A stretch of 64,000 nucleotides of DNA from Sandaracinaceae bacterium (GTDB taxonomy: Bacteria; Myxococcota_A; Polyangia; Polyangiales; Sandaracinaceae): NCBI GenBank assembly GCA_044220955.1, contig JBGAQA010000008.1:64316-128315 (forward strand). The letters are read 5' to 3'. The notes beneath the pieces are model-generated. The model ran no database searches, was not told the origin of the DNA, and saw nothing but the letters and a program-made list of their open reading frames with translations. This document shows positions 34,094 to 42,274 of this stretch, in pieces (the first letter of the stretch is position 1; each line of letters begins with the position of its first letter). The position numbers and the translations under genes were made by a program.

Positions 34094-34308
34094 CCGCCGG
34101 CGCGCAAGAGTGTGAGGATCTCTTCGAGCGAGTGGTGCCGCCCCGCTGCGGCGTCCGCCGCCCGAGCGGAGAGTTCCTCGTCTAGAGCCTCCGGCCACTC
34201 GTCGTCGTCGTCGCCGCCGACGACGAGTTTGACGTCGCCTTCGGGGAGGTCGGTCGGCTCGTCGACGACGAGTCTGCCGCGCGCGACGTGGCCGCGAACG
34301 TGATGCAT
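34090..34308 (-). CDS. Antitoxin partner of the ParE-like toxin
   Basis: Small acidic protein GRLVVDEPTDLPEG..AAAGRHHSLEEIL; ATGA overlap with the toxin. Confidence 0.7.
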   Translation of the reverse strand: MHHVRGHVARGRLVVDEPTDLPEGDVKLVVGGDDDDEWPEALDEELSARAADAAAGRHHSLEEILTLLRAGG

Positions 34309-34399
34309 TCGCGAAAGATAGCGCGGTTCGCGGGAGCGAGCCCGCGCCTCTGGAGAGCGAGCCGAGCCTCCGAGAGAGCGAGCCGAGTCTCTGGCACCC

Positions 34400-34507
34400 G
34401 CCGAGCGGCGCGATCGCATCGAGAAGCGTCGCGAGTATGCGGCGGCGCGTGCGGCTTGGTATTGGATCGTCGATCCGCAGCTCTGCACGATCGAGGTGCT
34501 GAGGCGC
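34400..34507 (+). pseudogene. Remnant of a Uma2-family endonuclease (C-terminal motif only)
   Basis: Frame from 34412 reads DRIEKRREYAAARAAWYWIVDPQLCTIEVLR. Confidence 0.65.
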
Positions 34508-34511
34508 GCCG

Positions 34512-35525
34512 TCAGCGCGTCGCGGCGACCCAGCTGGCGCCGGTGATCGTGCCGCCGTACCCGTGGCCCGAGGCGTCCACCGTCGTCGCGCCGGTGCCCT
34601 CGTCGAAGAGCCACGCCGCCACGGTCGAGCTGTCCGGGTCGAGGTGGGTCGGCGGGACGAAGCCCGTGCCCGAGTAGCGCGCCGTGCTGCTCACTCGGAT
34701 CTCGTCGATCTCGCCGATGAACGCGCCACGGGTCGGTCGCGAGTCCCGCCCGTCTCGGCCAGCCCAGTGGCCCATGGAGGCGGCCCAGGAGATGGGGTCG
34801 CTCTGCACGACGCTCGCGGCCATCACGCCGTCGACGTACAGCCGTACGGCGCCGCCGTCGAAGACGCCAGCGACGTGGTGCCAAGAGCCGATCGGCGTGG
34901 TGAAGCTCGCCTCCGCCGAGACCTGATGCCCACAGCCGGTCGTCGGGTAGACCCACATGCGATACCGATGAGGCTGCCGCTCGACGTTGCCCGACCACTC
35001 GAGCGAGAAGTCTCCCGTGCATCCGCCCGCGTGCTCGAAGAGCACGCCGCCCTCGCCCGCGGCCGAGCCGGGCGCCGAGGAGGTGGGCCGCGCCCAGACC
35101 TCGAGCGTGAACGCCGCCACGTGGCTCCCGAGGTCGGTCGGGAACTGCACCTGGTCGTCGGTGCCGTCGAAGGAGAGCGCGAAGCGCGGGGTGGCTGCGT
35201 CGTTGCCCGCGTCGCTTCCGGCGTCGTTGCCCGCGTCGTTGCCCGCGTCGCTTCCGGCGTCGTCGCCCGCGTCGCTTCCCGAGTCCTGCGGCGTGCGCGC
35301 ATCCATCGCATTCGCATCCGCGCCGGCGTCCGGCAGGGACACGAACGCATCGGGGCTGGGATCCGGCGTGCTCCAGCACCGCATGTCCGCGCGGCAGCGC
35401 GGGAACGACGCGGGACAGTCGCCGTCACCGCGACACGCCGAGACACCCTCGCCCGTCGAGGGCGGACACCCCGCGACCAGGCTGCAGGCAACGGTCAATG
35501 CGACGATGAGTTGGGTCCGCTGCAT
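34512..35525 (-). CDS. LamG/ConA-like domain lipoprotein
   Basis: LVAGC lipobox, 12-bp DAGx tandem linker, ALSFDGTDD, FTLEVW, WHHVAGVFDG, LYVDG, GEIDEIRVS. Confidence 0.85.
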   Translation of the reverse strand: MQRTQLIVALTVACSLVAGCPPSTGEGVSACRGDGDCPASFPRCRADMRCWSTPDPSPDAFVSLPDAGADANAMDARTPQDSGSDAGDDAGSDAGNDAGNDAGSDAGNDAATPRFALSFDGTDDQVQFPTDLGSHVAAFTLEVWARPTSSAPGSAAGEGGVLFEHAGGCTGDFSLEWSGNVERQPHRYRMWVYPTTGCGHQVSAEASFTTPIGSWHHVAGVFDGGAVRLYVDGVMAASVVQSDPISWAASMGHWAGRDGRDSRPTRGAFIGEIDEIRVSSTARYSGTGFVPPTHLDPDSSTVAAWLFDEGTGATTVDASGHGYGGTITGASWVAATR

Positions 35526-35542
35526 GTCGACCTCCGGGATGC

Positions 35543-36292
35543 TCAGAACCAGGTCTCGAGCCCATCGGGCGTGAGGCGCCAAGAGCGCTGCGACCCGCGC
35601 GCGTCGAACGTCACGAGCATCACCGCGCTCACGATCGCACCGATCAGCCCGAGGCCTAGCGCGACGCCGCCCGAGCCCGCGAGTGCCTGTGCGGTCTGCT
35701 GCCGGCTCGTCGTCTGCGCATAGGTCTCTCCGTCGCGTGGCGGCCCGAGATCCGGCGCGCCCACACCCAGGAGCACGGCGCCCGTGAGCGCGAGGACCCC
35801 CCCGGTCGTCGCGAGCACGACGCCGCCGACGTCCAGCACCTCAGGGTCCTGCGTGGGCACGTAGTCCGGGGCCGTCGCTGCGGTCGGGGGCGCTGGCGAC
35901 GCCTGCGGCGGGGACGTCAGCGTCGACTCCGGTGCCGGGGGCGCCGTCGTTCGAGCAGCGACTGCCGCCTCGAGCACGCGGACACGCCCCTCGATCTCGG
36001 CGCGGTTCTCCACGTCTGGACGGGCATCGAGGTACGCGCGGAACGCCTCGAGCGCCGTCTCGTCGTGTCGCGCACGATCGGCTGCCTGACCGATGTTGAA
36101 GAGCAGCTCCGGCCGATGGCTCAGCTCGTAGGCTCGCTGGAAGTGGCCGAGCGCGTCGTCGTAGTGGCCGCTCGAGAAGGCCGCGGCGCCTGCCTCGTAC
36201 AGCCCGTGCGCCTCGTCGTCTTGTGCGGATGCGGGGCTCTTCGTCGCGACGACGACCAACGCGACGACCCACCACCACCCCGCCCCACGCAC
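35543..36292 (-). CDS. Secreted TPR protein with C-terminal TM helices
   Basis: AHGLYEAGAAAF..ALGHFQRAYEL..LLFNIGQA. Confidence 0.8.
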   Translation of the reverse strand: MRGAGWWWVVALVVVATKSPASAQDDEAHGLYEAGAAAFSSGHYDDALGHFQRAYELSHRPELLFNIGQAADRARHDETALEAFRAYLDARPDVENRAEIEGRVRVLEAAVAARTTAPPAPESTLTSPPQASPAPPTAATAPDYVPTQDPEVLDVGGVVLATTGGVLALTGAVLLGVGAPDLGPPRDGETYAQTTSRQQTAQALAGSGGVALGLGLIGAIVSAVMLVTFDARGSQRSWRLTPDGLETWF

Positions 36293-36386
36293 GCTCCAAC
36301 CAGTACACCCATCTATGAAGAGGTGTCAGCGCACACCTCCTCCGAGCTGGGTGTTGGCGTGGACGCCCGCGCGCGACGGTGCGTGC

Positions 36387-37121
36387 GTGTCTTCGCCGCC
36401 GGATCTGTCGCGCGCGGTGGGTCGCCGGATTGCCGAGCTCCGGCGGCTTCGTGGCCTCACACAAGAGACCCTCGCGGCGCGGGTCGGGATGGCGACCAAG
36501 TACCTCCAGCGAGTCGAGAGCGGCCACAACGTCACGCTCCGCACGCTCGGCGTCGTCGCGCACGCGCTCGACGTCGCACCGCACGAGCTGCTCCGTCCCG
36601 TCGGCGCGTCGACGCCCGGGTCCGCGAGCGATCCGCTGGCGAGCTTGCGTGGATCAGGCGTGGTGGTGGCGCGACACGCGGGCCGCCAGCGCGTTCCGGT
36701 GCTCTCGCTCGGGATCGCTGCTGGTTACCTGCGCGCTCCTGCGAGCGTCGAAGTGCTCGGGTGGGCCGAGCTGCCCGGCCGTCGCGTGGCATCCCCGCGA
36801 GGAACCTTCGTGGCGCAGGTCGTGGGTGACTCGATGCAGCCGAGGATCCCTCGGGGCGCATGGTGCGTCTTCGGACCGGTCGCGAGTGGCTCGATCGTCG
36901 GTCGTGTGGTGCTCGTGGAGCATCGTGGTCTCGTCGACGCGGACACCGGTGGGTCCTTCGCGGTCAAGCAGATCGGCGACGTGACGTCGCTGCGCTCTGG
37001 CGTCCGGCGCGTGACGCTCGAGCCCGCGAATCGTCGGTACAGGGCGACCATCATCGATGTCACCGAGGACGATGACCTGCGAGCGGTCGCGGAGCTCATC
37101 GACGTGCTCGGACCGAAGTGA
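36387..37121 (+). CDS. XRE-family HTH plus S24 peptidase (CI/LexA-like) regulator; start approximate
   Basis: RIAELRRLRGLTQETLA..YLQRVESG; AAG site, VVGDSMQP, FAVK. Confidence 0.82.
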   Translation: MSSPPDLSRAVGRRIAELRRLRGLTQETLAARVGMATKYLQRVESGHNVTLRTLGVVAHALDVAPHELLRPVGASTPGSASDPLASLRGSGVVVARHAGRQRVPVLSLGIAAGYLRAPASVEVLGWAELPGRRVASPRGTFVAQVVGDSMQPRIPRGAWCVFGPVASGSIVGRVVLVEHRGLVDADTGGSFAVKQIGDVTSLRSGVRRVTLEPANRRYRATIIDVTEDDDLRAVAELIDVLGPK

Positions 37122-37237
37122 GTCTCGGCGCCGACTCGAGCCGCGCTTCGAAGAGGCGACCGAGATCCGGCCCGCGCGGTCGGGCGTTTCCGGGGGCAAG
37201 GGCTGGCCGGCGCCCCGGGAGGGCCGTACCATCCGGT

Positions 37238-37528
37238 ATGGCCACCACCGCGATCAAGACGACTTACTCACTCGACGTCGAAACGGTCGAGGCGTTGGCG
37301 CGCGTCGCGCGCGAGTGGAACGTATCGAGGTCGGAGGCGCTCCGACGTGCAATCCGGGCGGCGGCCGAGACCGCGGGAGAAGCCGACGTGGAGGAGAAGC
37401 TCGCGGCGTGGCGGAAGCTCCAACGGAGCATCGCGCTCACTCCGGCGAAGGGCGAGGCCTGGACGCGCGGCGTGCGCGCCGAGCGGCGTTCGTCGTCGAT
37501 TGCCCGCGAGCCGAAGCGCCGCCGGTGA
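37238..37528 (+). CDS. RHH/CopG antitoxin
   Basis: KTTYSLDVETVEALARVAREWNVSRSEALRRAI; TACCAT-N5-ATG. Confidence 0.8.
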   Translation: MATTAIKTTYSLDVETVEALARVAREWNVSRSEALRRAIRAAAETAGEADVEEKLAAWRKLQRSIALTPAKGEAWTRGVRAERRSSSIAREPKRRR

Positions 37529-37896
37529 TCCACCTCGACACGAGCTTCGTCATTCGCGGGCTGATTCCGGGAACGCCGGAGGACGCCCGGCTCGAGGCGT
37601 GGATCCGCGCGCGCGAGCCACTCGGCATCGCGGCGATCGCGTGGGCCGAGTTTCTGTGCGGACCCGTGACGCGATCGCAGATCACCCACGCTGCGAGCGT
37701 GCTGGGCGAGCCGGCCGTGTTCGATCGCCAGACGGCCGAGACCGCCGCGCTCCTCTTCGACGCGAGCGGTCGGCGGCGCGGAACGATGGTGGACTGCTTC
37801 ATCGCGGCGACGGCGATACGAGCGGGCGCGTCGCTCGCGACGGTGAACACCGCCGACTTCCGCCGCATGGTCGGAGCGGGCCTCGTGCTGGCCTGA
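37525..37896 (+). CDS. vapC: VapC/PIN-domain toxin
   Basis: IHLDTSFVI, AWAEFLCG, DCFIAATAI, LATVNTADF. Confidence 0.85.
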   Translation: MIHLDTSFVIRGLIPGTPEDARLEAWIRAREPLGIAAIAWAEFLCGPVTRSQITHAASVLGEPAVFDRQTAETAALLFDASGRRRGTMVDCFIAATAIRAGASLATVNTADFRRMVGAGLVLA

Positions 37897-37907
37897 CGGC
37901 CGGGGAC

Positions 37908-38128
37908 CGCGGCTCAGCCCGGCGCCGGCACCGCGAGGAACGCCGCGAGGCGCGCGAAGTACTCCACCCGGTGCTGCACGAAGTGCCGGACGTGCGCGCT
38001 GTCCGTGAGGTGCAGGCGCTCGAGGGGGTGGCCCGCGCGCTCGGCCCGATCGAGGAACGCCACCAAGTGCTCGGCGGGGACGAGCGCGTCGGCGTCGCTC
38101 CAGATCGCGAGCAGCGCACCGGCGCGCA
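37908..38128 (-). pseudogene. Diverged copy of the 3' end of the DUF829-like gene
   Basis: Aligns with 39274-39494, offset 1366 bp. Confidence 0.85.
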
Positions 38129-38189
38129 CCGCGATGCGATGCGGGGGAACCCGTTGGATCGGGCGTCGATCGCGTGTAGCGTCCCGCAC

Positions 38190-38474
38190 ATGGGACTACT
38201 CACCACACGCTGGGAAGCGAAGTTCGAGAACCACAACCTCACCGTCACCCGCAACGAGGTCGGGCGCGGCTTCGCCCTCGAGTGGGACGGCGTCGAGCTC
38301 GCCCGCCGCTCGTGGTCGTGGATCGGCCTCGGCGAGCTGCACGGCACGGCCGAGGTCGACGGCAAGCACCACGACGTGAAGGTCGCGATCGAGTGGGCCG
38401 GCTTCTCCGAGATGGACGGCAAGTGCACCATCACGGTCGACGGCCGGGAGATCCCGGTCAAGCACGTCCGCTGA
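38190..38474 (+). CDS. Small beta-rich hypothetical protein
   Basis: MGLLTTRWEAKFENHNL..., strong GC3 codon bias, TAGCGT-N7-ATG. Confidence 0.7.
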   Translation: MGLLTTRWEAKFENHNLTVTRNEVGRGFALEWDGVELARRSWSWIGLGELHGTAEVDGKHHDVKVAIEWAGFSEMDGKCTITVDGREIPVKHVR

Positions 38475-38522
38475 GCCCGCCCTCGCCGTCTCGGCTCCGG
38501 GCCGCCCTCCACCGGCCGCCGC

Positions 38523-38721
38523 GGTCGGAGGCGCTCCGACGTGCAATGGGCGGCAGCCGAGACCGCGGGAGAAGCCGACGTGGAGGAGAAGCTCGCGGCG
38601 TGGCGGAAGCTCCAACGGAGCGTCGCGCTGACTCCCGCGAAGGGCGAGGCCTGGAGGCGCGGCGTGCGCGCCGAGCTGCGGTCGTCGTGATTGCCCGCGA
38701 GCCGAAGCGCCGCCGGTGATC
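38523..38721 (+). pseudogene. Degraded copy of the RHH antitoxin 3' part plus toxin start
   Basis: Aligns with 37329-37531 with small indels. Confidence 0.85.
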
Positions 38722-38912
38722 TCCGACGCGTGTACGTGGAGCATCTTCCGACCGTGCCCTGCGCACCAGCCCCGTGCTCGCCGCCAAGCGTCGGCACCGC
38801 GGTCAGGCGTTTCCGGGGGCAAGGCCGACGGGTGCGTGGCAGTGCCGACCCATGGGGAACGGACGTGGCACACTGGCGTCAGTCCGCCGGAGGTCCTGTC
38901 GTCATGCCCCGT

Positions 38913-39218
38913 ATGACCAAGCCCACCGATCACACACTCTCCGTCCTGAAGCAGATCCGCGATGCGGTCACGCAGACCAACGTGCGGCTCGACCAGACCC
39001 GTGAAGAGCTGTCGCAGCGGCTCGACCACACCAACGAGCGACTCGAGCATCTCGCGCGCCTGCACACGGAGACCGAGATCCGACTGGCGACCGAGCTCAC
39101 GGCCGTGATCGGTGCGGTCCACACGGTCCGCGATGCCGTCGTCGCCGACCGCGAGCTGCGCAAGACCGTCGACGATCACGAGCAGCGGCTGACGGCGATC
39201 GAGCGCCGCGCCGGCTGA
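38913..39218 (+). CDS. Small coiled-coil hypothetical protein
   Basis: TNVRLDQTREELSQRLDHTNERLE heptad pattern. Confidence 0.7.
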   Translation: MTKPTDHTLSVLKQIRDAVTQTNVRLDQTREELSQRLDHTNERLEHLARLHTETEIRLATELTAVIGAVHTVRDAVVADRELRKTVDDHEQRLTAIERRAG

Positions 39219-39279
39219 CCGAGCCACGCGCCGAGCTCGCTCGCTCCGAGCTGAATCGAGAGCGCTCGACCCACGCGGC

Positions 39280-40053
39280 TCAGCCCGGCGCGGGCACCGC
39301 GAGGAACGCCGCGAGGCGCGCGAAGTACTCCACCCGGTGCTGCACGAAGTGCCGGACGTGCGCGCTGTCCGTGAAGTGCAGGCGCTCGACGCCGATGCCC
39401 GCACGCGCGGCCCGATCGAGGAACGCCACCACGTGCTCGGCGGGGACGAGCGCGTCGGCGTCGCTCCAGATCGCGAGCAGCGGCACGGCGCGCAGCCGCG
39501 CGATCACGCGCGCCTGGCCCGTCTCCATGAAGCGGACCTGCCGGCGCGCGACGAGGTGCCACGCGCCGAAGAAGAAGGCGATCGGCGGCGAGAGCAGCGG
39601 GTGGAAGAGGCGCGGGCGCCGGCCGAGCGACGCGAGCAGGCCGGGCATCATCGCGGCGCTCGCGAACTTCGCCGTGATCCACATCGGGATCCGCTCCGGG
39701 AAGCCCGGCGCCGAGTCGAGGATCACCTTCGCAGGCCGCACGCTCGCGGGCATCGCGTCGAGCAGCGCCGACATGGTCCAGAAGCCGGCGTTGCTGAACG
39801 CGTGGATCACGAGCGGCCGCGCGTCGCCGTCCACCTCGCGCGCGAGCCTGCCCCCGAACGCGGGCCAGGCGCCCGGGATCCCCATCGTGCGGAACGTCGG
39901 CGTGATCACCGTCCGCACCTCGTGACCGCGCGCCTCGTACCAGCGCGCGATCGCGCGCAGCTGCCGCTCGGTGCTGCCGTGCCAGCCGAGGATCAGGACG
40001 CGCGCGTCCGCGGCGGATCGAGACGTCGTGGAGTCGTTCGGGGGCGATGACAT
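39280..40053 (-). CDS. DUF829/TMEM53-like alpha/beta-fold protein
   Basis: ILGWHG, HAFSNAG, ILDSAPG, WSDADALVP, SAHVRH. Confidence 0.78.
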   Translation of the reverse strand: MSSPPNDSTTSRSAADARVLILGWHGSTERQLRAIARWYEARGHEVRTVITPTFRTMGIPGAWPAFGGRLAREVDGDARPLVIHAFSNAGFWTMSALLDAMPASVRPAKVILDSAPGFPERIPMWITAKFASAAMMPGLLASLGRRPRLFHPLLSPPIAFFFGAWHLVARRQVRFMETGQARVIARLRAVPLLAIWSDADALVPAEHVVAFLDRAARAGIGVERLHFTDSAHVRHFVQHRVEYFARLAAFLAVPAPG

Positions 40054-40078
40054 CGGTGCCGAGGTCCGAGAGTCGCAG

Positions 40079-40192
40079 CGACGAGGTTCTTTCTGCGAGC
40101 GAGGTGCCGTGTCGCTGGCGAGCGAAGCGAGCGGAGAAGGGGTGAGCGGGAGCCGGCTCCGCCGGGCCGGCGAGGGGACCGCTCAGGTCCCC
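40079..40192. repeat. Structured intergenic repeat, copy 2 (related to 394-517)
   Basis: CGACGAGGTT..GCGAGCGAAGCGAGC..GGGGTGAG..CCGGCTCCGCCGG..AGGGGACCGCTCAGGTCCCC. Confidence 0.6.
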
Positions 40193-41133
40193 CTGAGTAG
40201 GTGATGTTCGATCCAGTCGATCACGCGCGCCGAGAGGTTCTGCTTCATCAGCCGTGACATCTGCTGGATGCCCGTCGGGCTCGTGACGTTCACCTCGGTG
40301 AGCTTGCCGCCGATCACGTCGAGGCCCACGAAGACCAGGCCGTCCTCGCGCAGCTTGGGGGCGAGCGCCTCCACGATGCGCAGGTCGTCCGCGTCGAGCT
40401 CGCAGCCCTCGACCGTGCCGCCGACGTGGATGTTGCTGCGCACGTCGTCCTTCTTGGGCACGCGCAGGATCCCGCCGAGCGGCGCGCCGTTCAGGAGCAG
40501 GATCCGCTTGTCGCCCTTCACGACGTCGGGGATGAAGCGCTGCACCATCGCGAGGCGCTTGCCCACGTGCGTCACGGTCTCGATGATCGCGTTGGTGTTG
40601 AGGTCATCGTCCCGCATCAGGAAGACGCCGTCGCCGCCGGCGCCGGAGAGCGGCTTGATGACCGCGCGGCCGCCGACGCTGCGCAGGAACGCCTTGATGC
40701 GCGCCTTGTCGCTGCAGACGATGGTGTCCGGCATGCACGAGAGGAAGTGCATCGCGTAGAGCTTCTCGTTGGCGTCGCGGAGCGCGCGCGGATCGTTGAC
40801 GAGCAGCGTCTTGCCGCGGAGGTGCTCGAGCAGCTGCGTCGCCCAGAGGTAGCTGCTGTCGAAGGGCGGATCCTTGCGCATCAGCACCGCGTCGACCGAG
40901 TCGAGCCAGACGTCCTCGGCATCGCCGAGCGTGATGGGGAGCGCGTCGTGCACGCGCCGCATCGTCGCCCGGCGCACCTGCGCCCCGAGCCGGCCGCCGT
41001 CGAAGAAGAAGTCGGCGATGCCGCAGTGATCGACGCGATGGCCGCGCGCCTGCGCCTCTTCCATCAGCGCGAACGAGGTGTCCGCGTCGACCTGGACGGT
41101 CTCGGGCGGGTCCATGATGACGACGATGTGCAT
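40183..41133 (-). CDS. gshB: Glutathione synthetase
   Basis: IMDP..DTSFALMEEAQARGH, MRKDPPFD, ANEKL, GDKRILL, RSNIHVGG, VGLDVIG..TEVNVTSPTG. Confidence 0.95.
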   Translation of the reverse strand: MHIVVIMDPPETVQVDADTSFALMEEAQARGHRVDHCGIADFFFDGGRLGAQVRRATMRRVHDALPITLGDAEDVWLDSVDAVLMRKDPPFDSSYLWATQLLEHLRGKTLLVNDPRALRDANEKLYAMHFLSCMPDTIVCSDKARIKAFLRSVGGRAVIKPLSGAGGDGVFLMRDDDLNTNAIIETVTHVGKRLAMVQRFIPDVVKGDKRILLLNGAPLGGILRVPKKDDVRSNIHVGGTVEGCELDADDLRIVEALAPKLREDGLVFVGLDVIGGKLTEVNVTSPTGIQQMSRLMKQNLSARVIDWIEHHLLRGT

Positions 41134-41206
41134 CGCCGACGGAGACTAGGGCCGCGCCACGGGCGGGGCCAGTGCGATGGCGGCGAGTGCGATACGCTTC
41201 GCTCCG

Positions 41207-41965
41207 ATGCCGATCGAGGTCGTCCTCGCGGCGGCGGGCGTCGTGGTCGTGGGGGTCACGGACACGCTGCTCGCGCTCCGCGTGCTCCGCGCCTACCGCA
41301 AGGCGCGGCGCGTGCCCCACCTCGTCATCGTCTACGGCATCGCGAGCTCGTTCTTCGCCGTGCTCGGGGCGAGCATCGTGTTCGCGGCCGAGGGGTCGCC
41401 CGTGCTGGCCGAGGGGCTCGCGTGGGACATCGCGCGCATCACGGGCTTCGGCGGCGCGGCGCTGGCGTACGGGCTCGTCGGCGTGTTCGCGACGAGCGCG
41501 CTCGCTCGCTCGGCCGCGATGAAGCGCGCTTCGTACGCGGTTCTGGCCGCGCTCGCGTCGCTCGCGGCCGTCGCGGTGCTGGCGAGCCCCCGCGAGATCG
41601 GGACGATCGCGACGACCGCGTGGGGCATGCGCCTGCCCTTCGTGGCGCTCGCGCTGCTCGGCTCGGGCTATGGCTTCCTCGAGTCGCGCTCGCTGGTCGC
41701 GGCGTACGAGCGGGCGCGCGCGGCGGGGCGGGCGGTCGATCGCGTGGCGCTCGCGCGCATGCGCACGATGGGGCACGGGTTCGCCGCGATGGCGGCGGGG
41801 CAGGCGCCGCTGCTCGGCTTCGCGCCGGGCGGGCGCTTCGACACGCCGCTCGGCTACGCCTGCGTGGCGATGCTGCTGCTCGGTGCGCTCGGCTTCGTGC
41901 TCGCGTGCGTGGTCACGTGGGCGACGCCGGCCTTCGTGCGCGCGCGCTGGGAGGCCGCGCCATGA
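41207..41965 (+). CDS. Polytopic (about 7 TM) membrane protein, hypothetical
   Basis: About seven hydrophobic segments, no recognisable enzymatic domain. Confidence 0.65.
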   Translation: MPIEVVLAAAGVVVVGVTDTLLALRVLRAYRKARRVPHLVIVYGIASSFFAVLGASIVFAAEGSPVLAEGLAWDIARITGFGGAALAYGLVGVFATSALARSAAMKRASYAVLAALASLAAVAVLASPREIGTIATTAWGMRLPFVALALLGSGYGFLESRSLVAAYERARAAGRAVDRVALARMRTMGHGFAAMAAGQAPLLGFAPGGRFDTPLGYACVAMLLLGALGFVLACVVTWATPAFVRARWEAAP

Positions 41966-42246
41966 GCGCGCTGCTCGACGCCGCCGGCGAGGTGCTCGCG
42001 CGCGAGACGGGCATGACCGCGACGCAGGCGCGCGGGACGCTGCGGCTCCTGCTCAAGGAGCGCGGCATCGACGCGCGGATCGCCCGCAAGGCCGACGTGC
42101 TCGCGCTCTTGACCGGCACGCTCGGCGATGCGCTCGCCAAGCGCCGCATCGAGGCGCGACCGACCTTGCTCGCCGCCATCCGTCGCGCCGTCGAGAGTGC
42201 GAGCGAAGAGGACGACCTGCTCGATCTCTTCTCCGACATCGACTGA
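41962..42246 (+). CDS. Small helical hypothetical protein coupled to the membrane protein
   Basis: ATGA overlap; [35 protein letters not shown]. Confidence 0.65.
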   Translation: MSALLDAAGEVLARETGMTATQARGTLRLLLKERGIDARIARKADVLALLTGTLGDALAKRRIEARPTLLAAIRRAVESASEEDDLLDLFSDID

Positions 42247-42259
42247 GCGTGCGCCGCGC

Positions 42260-42274
42260 TACGCTCCGGCGGTG
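42260..42274 (+). promoter_or_regulatory. Putative -10 box and original GTG start of ggt (pre-intron leaderless promoter)
   Basis: TACGCT-CCGGCG-GTG immediately before the intron 5' end. Confidence 0.55.

Noticed and set aside
35198..35285. 12-bp tandem repeat
   Set aside because: It encodes the ordinary DAG(S/N/D) low-complexity linker of a lipoprotein.
25280..39494. Diversity-generating retroelement (TR/VR pairs plus a nearby RT)
   Set aside because: Mismatches between repeat copies are not adenine-specific (C/T, G/C, T/G and others), and the RT is a group II intron maturase inside a ribozyme.
16288..39494. Classical integron cassette array
   Set aside because: No IntI or tyrosine recombinase and no recognisable attC boxes seen; cargo genes lie in both orientations.
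42249..42256. Alternative intron 5' end GTGCGCCG
   Set aside because: Excision from here would leave ggt without a start or -10 box and lacks the candidate EBS1 match; disfavoured but not excluded.
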